NCBI GenBank assembly: GCA_043739185.1
Contig: JAYUEN010000454.1
Coordinates: forward strand, 1 to 10,558
Direction of reading: 5' to 3'
Source of the DNA: Bdellovibrionales bacterium
GTDB lineage: Bacteria; Bdellovibrionota; Bdellovibrionia; Bdellovibrionales; JAMPXM01
DNA length: 10,558 nt
The position numbers were made by a program, and so were the translations under genes. Position 1 is the first letter of the stretch. Every line of letters starts with the position of its first letter. Under the pieces are notes generated by a model. The model worked only from the letters and a program-made list of their open reading frames with translations, did not search any database and was not told where the DNA came from. This document shows positions 6,150 through 10,558 of the stretch, in pieces.

Positions 6150-7982
6150 CTACCAAAGATTTAAGCCTCTCAGCTTTAATCTCTTAGAGAGTCGATCGAG
6201 TTCTTCGGAAGCTGGTTGGCGGGAAATATTTTCTTCGACAGTCTTTTTGGCCGAAACCATATCGTTCTTCTCAATATAAAAATTCATAACTCCTATGAAG
6301 GCCGATGGATCTGAATTGTCTAATTGAGCTAGCAGCGTCCAATATTTTAGCGCACAATCTGAAGTTTTCTCCTTCTCGCAAATATGCGCAAGTGCAAGAA
6401 GGGCTAAGCGATTCAATGATTTTTCATTGTCATTTTTAAATAGTGATTTTGCCTCTTCATTTAAATTTGCCATGTACATGCTATAGCCGAGTATCCCTTT
6501 GATCGAGTTGTCAGTTGCCAGCTTTTGAAATGCCGTTTTTGAAAAAGTAACAGCATCTTGAGGCTTTTGAATATGTATCAAACACCCGGCCAATACGACA
6601 TCAGCTAGGGCTTCATTCTTCGATTTAGAATAAGCATCCGTACACCAGCGATATACATTGCTCCATGAAATTGGTTTGTATTCGGTTTGATTGTGCAATT
6701 TGTTTGTTTGGACTAATTCAGGATTGAGATTAATAAACTCTCGACTCAATTTCACGGCTTCAGCTGGGTCATTGATGATTCGGGCGAGATTGATGCGCGC
6801 TATGAGCAGCTCAGCCTTAAAGTCATTTTGTGCTTTTAGATTTTCTTGCAATATTTTATCGACTCTGGTGAGGCGATCATACTTTGTATTGCCAGCAACA
6901 TTTTCAATTTTGAGCGCAAGTTCGTAAAGAGCAATTGTGGTCAAAATGCGGTTGGCACCAACCTCATAAGCCTTTAAAAGATACTTTTCAGATTCTTCAA
7001 AGGCATCGCGATTGAAAAAACTAATGCCCAAGCTATAGTAAGTTTCTGCAATACTCGGATCTTCTTTTATCGACATTTCAAATTCTTGGCAGGCCGCGGG
7101 CCAATCTTTTTTAGACATCTGAATAATACCATTCAAATTAAAGGCTCGGGCTCTCATGGCTTTATCTTTTGTCTGTGCAAGTACTCTGGCATTTACATTT
7201 TGGGAGAGATCTAAATCATTCGCGTTGATCATGGCTTGAGAGGCATCGAGCAAAGCTTTAGCGTTATTCAGATTGCGTTCAGCAGGTGGTAGTTGCAAGA
7301 CACGGTCATAATAAGAAAGAATTTTATCCTGGATAGCTTTTTGAGCCAAGTCTTTTTCTAATCTTTGTTTTTCAAGAATTTGCATTTGTTGATATTGATT
7401 GAAAGCATAAAATCCGAAAGCGATTACGAAAAGAAGTGCGGTGACACTCATAGATTTACGGTGCCTGCGCCAGATTGAAGTTTGATTTTTCACCGGAGCT
7501 TCAATGAAAACGTCTTCGTCTTCAACATGCCGAGTCGGAAGAGCTGGCTTCTCGAGAGTGATTATTTTTTTTCGATTGACCGCAATTTTACTCAGCAGTT
7601 GTCGCAAAGTATTGACCGCATGGTTTGATTCGGTTAGTTCGTGCGCATCCTTCAATTGTTCAGATATGCCAAGACTGACTTTTTTAAGATCGAAGGTACC
7701 GGTTCTCTCTTGAAAATTCGATTTTGTAAGAGAAGCTTCTTTTTGCATTTCTGCCATCTCAAGTGTGCTATTGGTGATTTCGCCAATGCGCTCGCGAATC
7801 GCATCTTCAATACATTCTTCATTGCAAACGGCCGTCCAATTACGTTGATCAGCTGATATGCGGTGGTTGATTTGAATTTCACCATTCATGAGTGCTTGAA
7901 TGAGTTGGTCAATATCAATCGGCCCGCGAACTTCGCTATTGATTTGATAGTACCATCTTGTGGGGCGCGATTTTGCAGTCAA
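6150..7982 (-). CDS. GYF_2 (DUF4339) domain + single TM + tetratricopeptide repeat (TPR) protein
   Basis: TTG start with GGAG SD at 7988-7991. N-terminal WYYQ...RGPIDIDQLIQALMNGEI...W matches the GYF_2 pattern. TM segment VTALLFVIAFGFYAF. TPR motifs AFNLNGIIQMSKKDWPAACQEFEMSIKEDP and TYYSLGISFFNRDAFEESEKYLLKAY. Confidence 0.8.
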   Translation of the reverse strand: MTAKSRPTRWYYQINSEVRGPIDIDQLIQALMNGEIQINHRISADQRNWTAVCNEECIEDAIRERIGEITNSTLEMAEMQKEASLTKSNFQERTGTFDLKKVSLGISEQLKDAHELTESNHAVNTLRQLLSKIAVNRKKIITLEKPALPTRHVEDEDVFIEAPVKNQTSIWRRHRKSMSVTALLFVIAFGFYAFNQYQQMQILEKQRLEKDLAQKAIQDKILSYYDRVLQLPPAERNLNNAKALLDASQAMINANDLDLSQNVNARVLAQTKDKAMRARAFNLNGIIQMSKKDWPAACQEFEMSIKEDPSIAETYYSLGISFFNRDAFEESEKYLLKAYEVGANRILTTIALYELALKIENVAGNTKYDRLTRVDKILQENLKAQNDFKAELLIARINLARIINDPAEAVKLSREFINLNPELVQTNKLHNQTEYKPISWSNVYRWCTDAYSKSKNEALADVVLAGCLIHIQKPQDAVTFSKTAFQKLATDNSIKGILGYSMYMANLNEEAKSLFKNDNEKSLNRLALLALAHICEKEKTSDCALKYWTLLAQLDNSDPSAFIGVMNFYIEKNDMVSAKKTVEENISRQPASEELDRLSKRLKLRGLNLW

Positions 7983-8019
7983 AAAAGCTCCGAACCCTAT
8001 TGCATTGATTGCCTATACA

Positions 8020-8047
8020 TAATCGGCAAAACGCAGCAAAATCATGA
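8020..8047 (-). promoter_or_regulatory. Candidate sigma28 (FliA)-type promoter for the GYF_2-TPR gene
   Basis: Minus strand TCAT-N16-GCCGATTA versus consensus TAAA-N15/16-GCCGATAA. The -10 box matches 7/8 and lies 37 nt upstream of the TTG start. The -35 match is weak. Confidence 0.5.
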
Positions 8048-8066
8048 TTGATTTCAGGTATTCATC

Positions 8067-9101
8067 TCAAATTTGTTTGCTGCTCATACTCGCTGCAGTC
8101 GCAGCGGTAATCTGACCTTGGTCGAGAAGAGTTTTTGCGGATTTCTCAAAAGAGATCATTCCCATTTGTGCAGAAGTTTGAATCACCGAAGGTATCTGAT
8201 AAACTTTGCCTTCTCGAATTAAATTACGAACCGCAGAGTTTGCAATCAGTACTTCGAGTGCAGCCACTTGGCCCGGCATATCACTTCGAGGCAAGAGTGT
8301 TTGGGCCACGACCCCGCACAGACTTTCGGCCAGCATAGCGCGAATTTGATTCTGCTGATCGGCAGGAAAACTATCAATAATGCGATCAACTGATTTGGCT
8401 GCACTTGAGGTGTGAAGAGTGGCAAAAACCAGGTGCCCTGTCTGCGCGGCAGTCAAAGCAAGTGATACTGTTTCGAGATCGCGCATTTCACCTATGAGAA
8501 TGACATCGGGGTCCTCCCGCAAAGCGGCCCTTAAGGCATCATTGAAAGATAGAGCATGAGTTACAATCTCACGCTGATTGATCAGACAGTTGACATTCAT
8601 ATGCACAAACTCGATTGGGTCCTCAATGGTAATAATATGTTCTTTGCGTGTCAGGTTCACATGATTGATAAGAGCAGCAAGTGTTGTCGACTTTCCTGAT
8701 CCGGTTGGGCCGGTAACAAGTACCAATCCCTTTGTATTGTCAGCAATTGAATAAATACTTTCTGGTAAATTCAACTCCGCCAAAGTTTGTATCTTTTCAG
8801 GAATGAGACGGTAGGCAGCAGAAATCCCTCGCAATTGAAAAAATGCATTGGCGCGAAATCTACCGACGCCGTCAAGATGATAACTCCAATCGAGGGTCAG
8901 TTTTTCTTTAAGGATGGCGATTTGCTTTTCAGATAAAGTTTCAAAAATTAGCTTTTCACAACGCTCTTTGCTGGTTTCGGTCATATCGAGTTTGACCATG
9001 TGGCCATGAATACGAAAGAAGGGTGCTGAGCCACTTGAAAGATGAAGGTCAGAAGCTTTTTGGTCAATCATGATTCTTAAAAGGTCGTCGAGTTTTGCCA
9101 T
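8067..9101 (-). CDS. pilT: Type IV pilus retraction ATPase PilT
   Basis: ASDLHLS, GRFRANAF, Walker A GPTGSGKST, Asp box TIEDPIE, Walker B DPDVILIGEMRD, His box GHLVFATLH and the PilT-specific AVRNLIRE (AIRNLIRE-type) helix. GAGGT SD at 9106-9110. Confidence 0.95.
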   Translation of the reverse strand: MAKLDDLLRIMIDQKASDLHLSSGSAPFFRIHGHMVKLDMTETSKERCEKLIFETLSEKQIAILKEKLTLDWSYHLDGVGRFRANAFFQLRGISAAYRLIPEKIQTLAELNLPESIYSIADNTKGLVLVTGPTGSGKSTTLAALINHVNLTRKEHIITIEDPIEFVHMNVNCLINQREIVTHALSFNDALRAALREDPDVILIGEMRDLETVSLALTAAQTGHLVFATLHTSSAAKSVDRIIDSFPADQQNQIRAMLAESLCGVVAQTLLPRSDMPGQVAALEVLIANSAVRNLIREGKVYQIPSVIQTSAQMGMISFEKSAKTLLDQGQITAATAASMSSKQI

Positions 9102-9274
9102 TTTTACCTCTGATTTACATTAGATGAAATACAAAGGATCCGGCAAGCCTGATTTCAAAAAAAATCAAGTAAATCCTTCTTAAATTTCGAAAGAGATCTT
9201 GAATAAAATCAAAAATTTCTGTAGGTTTCGAGAACATTTTGAAGCTCAACGAAACCTTTAAAAAAAGAGAAAAT

Positions 9275-10147
9275 ATGTTTTCAATTAGAGGCTGTTTTTC
9301 AAGGCTCATTTTATTTGTCTTGCTCTCGGTTTATGTACCCAAATTATTTTCATCACCTGGACAGATGCCAAGTGTTTTTGCAAAAAAAGTGGTGCTCACG
9401 CCGATTTTTGATTCACTTGATTATCCAGGCCGTATTGAGGCCAAAATAAACGCCTTTATTCTCGCTGAAAGTGACGGCGTCATATCAAAAATAATAAAGC
9501 CATTGGGAGCTTCAGTTAAAAAACATGACAAACTAGTCGTTGTGCAAAATACCGACCCAGTTTATCAATATGCTCCCATGCAAATTGAAAATGTGGTCTC
9601 GGGTGTTGTGAGTCAAGTTTTCGTAACCGAAGGAAGCCGGGTCGCTAAAGGCGACAGGTTGATGTTGGTAACAGACCCCAGCCAATTGCGAATTATCGTA
9701 GAAATTCCGGCCGGAGATTTGAAATCTATTCGCCAAGGAATCCCCGCACAACTTGTTCAGGGCAGCGAAATTTGGGAAGTCAAAGTAAGAGGTGTGAGTC
9801 CTTTTGTTGATCCGAGTACGGGCACGGCCAATTGTGAACTCGAATTCCTTGCCGGGCAGAAAAATAAATCTCGCCCCCCAGCTGGCGCATTAGCTAAAGT
9901 AAACTTTAAGGCCGATCAGCGAAGTGGAATTTCAATTGCAGATTCTGCGGTCTTTTATCGTGGCAAAGAAACCTATGTGAGGGTGATTCGCGAAAATCAT
10001 GCTTTTTTACAGCCGATCAAAATTGGTAAAAAGCAATTTGGCAATGTTGAAATTATCAATGGCCTAAAAGAAAATGACCAAGTGGTTGAGCGTACGAGTA
10101 GTTTCATTTCGGATGGCGAGGAAGTAAAGGTTGAGGTCGGCATTTGA
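9275..10147 (+). CDS. Efflux RND transporter periplasmic adaptor subunit (membrane fusion protein), hairpin-less
   Basis: Preferred ATG at 9275 (ORF track uses TTG 9239). Lipoyl-half motifs GASVKKHDKL and SGVVSQVFVTEGSRVAKGDRL, beta-barrel motif VSPFVDPSTGT, membrane-proximal motif VEIINGLKENDQVV. Followed directly by an RND permease. Confidence 0.88.
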   Translation: MFSIRGCFSRLILFVLLSVYVPKLFSSPGQMPSVFAKKVVLTPIFDSLDYPGRIEAKINAFILAESDGVISKIIKPLGASVKKHDKLVVVQNTDPVYQYAPMQIENVVSGVVSQVFVTEGSRVAKGDRLMLVTDPSQLRIIVEIPAGDLKSIRQGIPAQLVQGSEIWEVKVRGVSPFVDPSTGTANCELEFLAGQKNKSRPPAGALAKVNFKADQRSGISIADSAVFYRGKETYVRVIRENHAFLQPIKIGKKQFGNVEIINGLKENDQVVERTSSFISDGEEVKVEVGI

Positions 10148-10558
10148 GGTCACTTTACGGTTCACCTCTTCGTGTCTATATCATTTTGCTCGCCTTTAGC
10201 GCTGTTGGCATATGGTCAGGCTTGAGCTTGCCAGTTTCTCTTTATCCAAATAGTTCAAAGCCTCTAATTGGGGCCTGCATCGGCTATGATATGTCGGCAG
10301 ATAGTTTTTTTCGAACTTATGGCAAGGACCTTGAAAATCAACTTCAAAATATGAATACGCCCGAAATTAAAGTGGAGCGTATGACGGCAACCTATGAAGC
10401 AAATCAAGTTTGTTATAAAACTGAGTTTACTTGGGGAAGCAATGATCGCATGGCAATGCGAGAAACCCGAAACGTCATTTTCGCCGCAAGCGGGGCCATG
10501 CCTTATACCTCGAGACAACGCATTTGGTTTAATACGAGTGGTGAAAATAAGGGGTTCT
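10144..10558 (+). CDS. Efflux RND transporter permease subunit (AcrB-like), N-terminal part; runs off the window
   Basis: Absent from the ORF track. TTG at 10144 overlaps the adaptor stop (TTGA), with GAGGT SD at 10133-10137. Translates MRSLYGSPLRVYIILLAFSAVGIWSGLSLPVSLYPNSSKP..., matching RND TM1 plus the LPVxxYP motif. Frame stays open to the window end. Confidence 0.85.
   Translation, partial: MRSLYGSPLRVYIILLAFSAVGIWSGLSLPVSLYPNSSKPLIGACIGYDMSADSFFRTYGKDLENQLQNMNTPEIKVERMTATYEANQVCYKTEFTWGSNDRMAMRETRNVIFAASGAMPYTSRQRIWFNTSGENKGF

Noticed and set aside
8021..8045. GGCAAAACGCAGCAAA resembling a fragment of a c-di-GMP-I riboswitch
   Set aside because: No P1/P2 stems or GNRA tetraloop-receptor arrangement, and it is on the wrong strand for the downstream gene. 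A sigma28-like promoter explains the sequence better.
9160..9236. Imperfect repeat AAAATCAA...TTTCGA twice in the pilT/adaptor intergenic region
   Set aside because: Low-complexity AT-rich context with unequal spacing, and a poor match to sigma28; too weak to call.
9115..9309. 64-aa minus-strand ORF upstream of pilT, and the TTG 9239 start for the adaptor
   Set aside because: The ORF spans an AT-rich divergent promoter region, overlaps the adaptor start and has no recognisable features. ATG 9275 gives a more normal adaptor N-terminus.
115..9751. Other short ORF-track entries nested in or antisense to the main CDSs (e.g. 115-318, 2352-2636, 3442-3684, 4608-4883, 6691-6927, 8135-8338, 9533-9751)
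   Set aside because: They are shadow frames of longer motif-bearing genes with no independent support.
10264..10518. 84-aa minus-strand ORF
   Set aside because: It is antisense to the clearly recognisable RND permease frame.
1..10558. CRISPR array, tRNA/rRNA, or defence/toxin-antitoxin system
   Set aside because: No regularly spaced repeats, cloverleaf, or nuclease/RT/defence motifs were seen, and the intergenic gaps are short.

Overview
A gene-dense, AT-leaning (roughly 40% GC by eye) bacterial chromosomal segment. Its gene content suggests a Bdellovibrionota/Oligoflexia-like organism, which is inference only. In order it holds: two coupled hypothetical genes (the first 5'-truncated, the second exported); a minus-strand pair made of a Gcr/'site-specific recombinase' (PF10136-type) polytopic membrane protein overlapping an exported Met/His-rich probable outer-membrane beta-barrel; a secreted Cys-rich HEXXH metalloprotease with an intrinsic terminator; a 74-aa membrane protein; apaG; a minus-strand pilT followed by a GYF_2-TM-TPR protein; and a divergent RND efflux pair (adaptor plus a 3'-truncated permease missing from the ORF track). 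No rRNA, tRNA, CRISPR or mobile element is supported. Best leads: (1) the Gcr membrane domain carries formate-nitrite-transporter (FNT)-like motifs and is coupled to a candidate metal-binding barrel, suggesting a possible uncharacterised envelope transport module; (2) the RND adaptor lacks the alpha-helical hairpin; (3) a GYF_2-TPR membrane protein with a sigma28-like promoter sits behind a stand-alone pilT. All three are hypotheses from motif reading, not search results.
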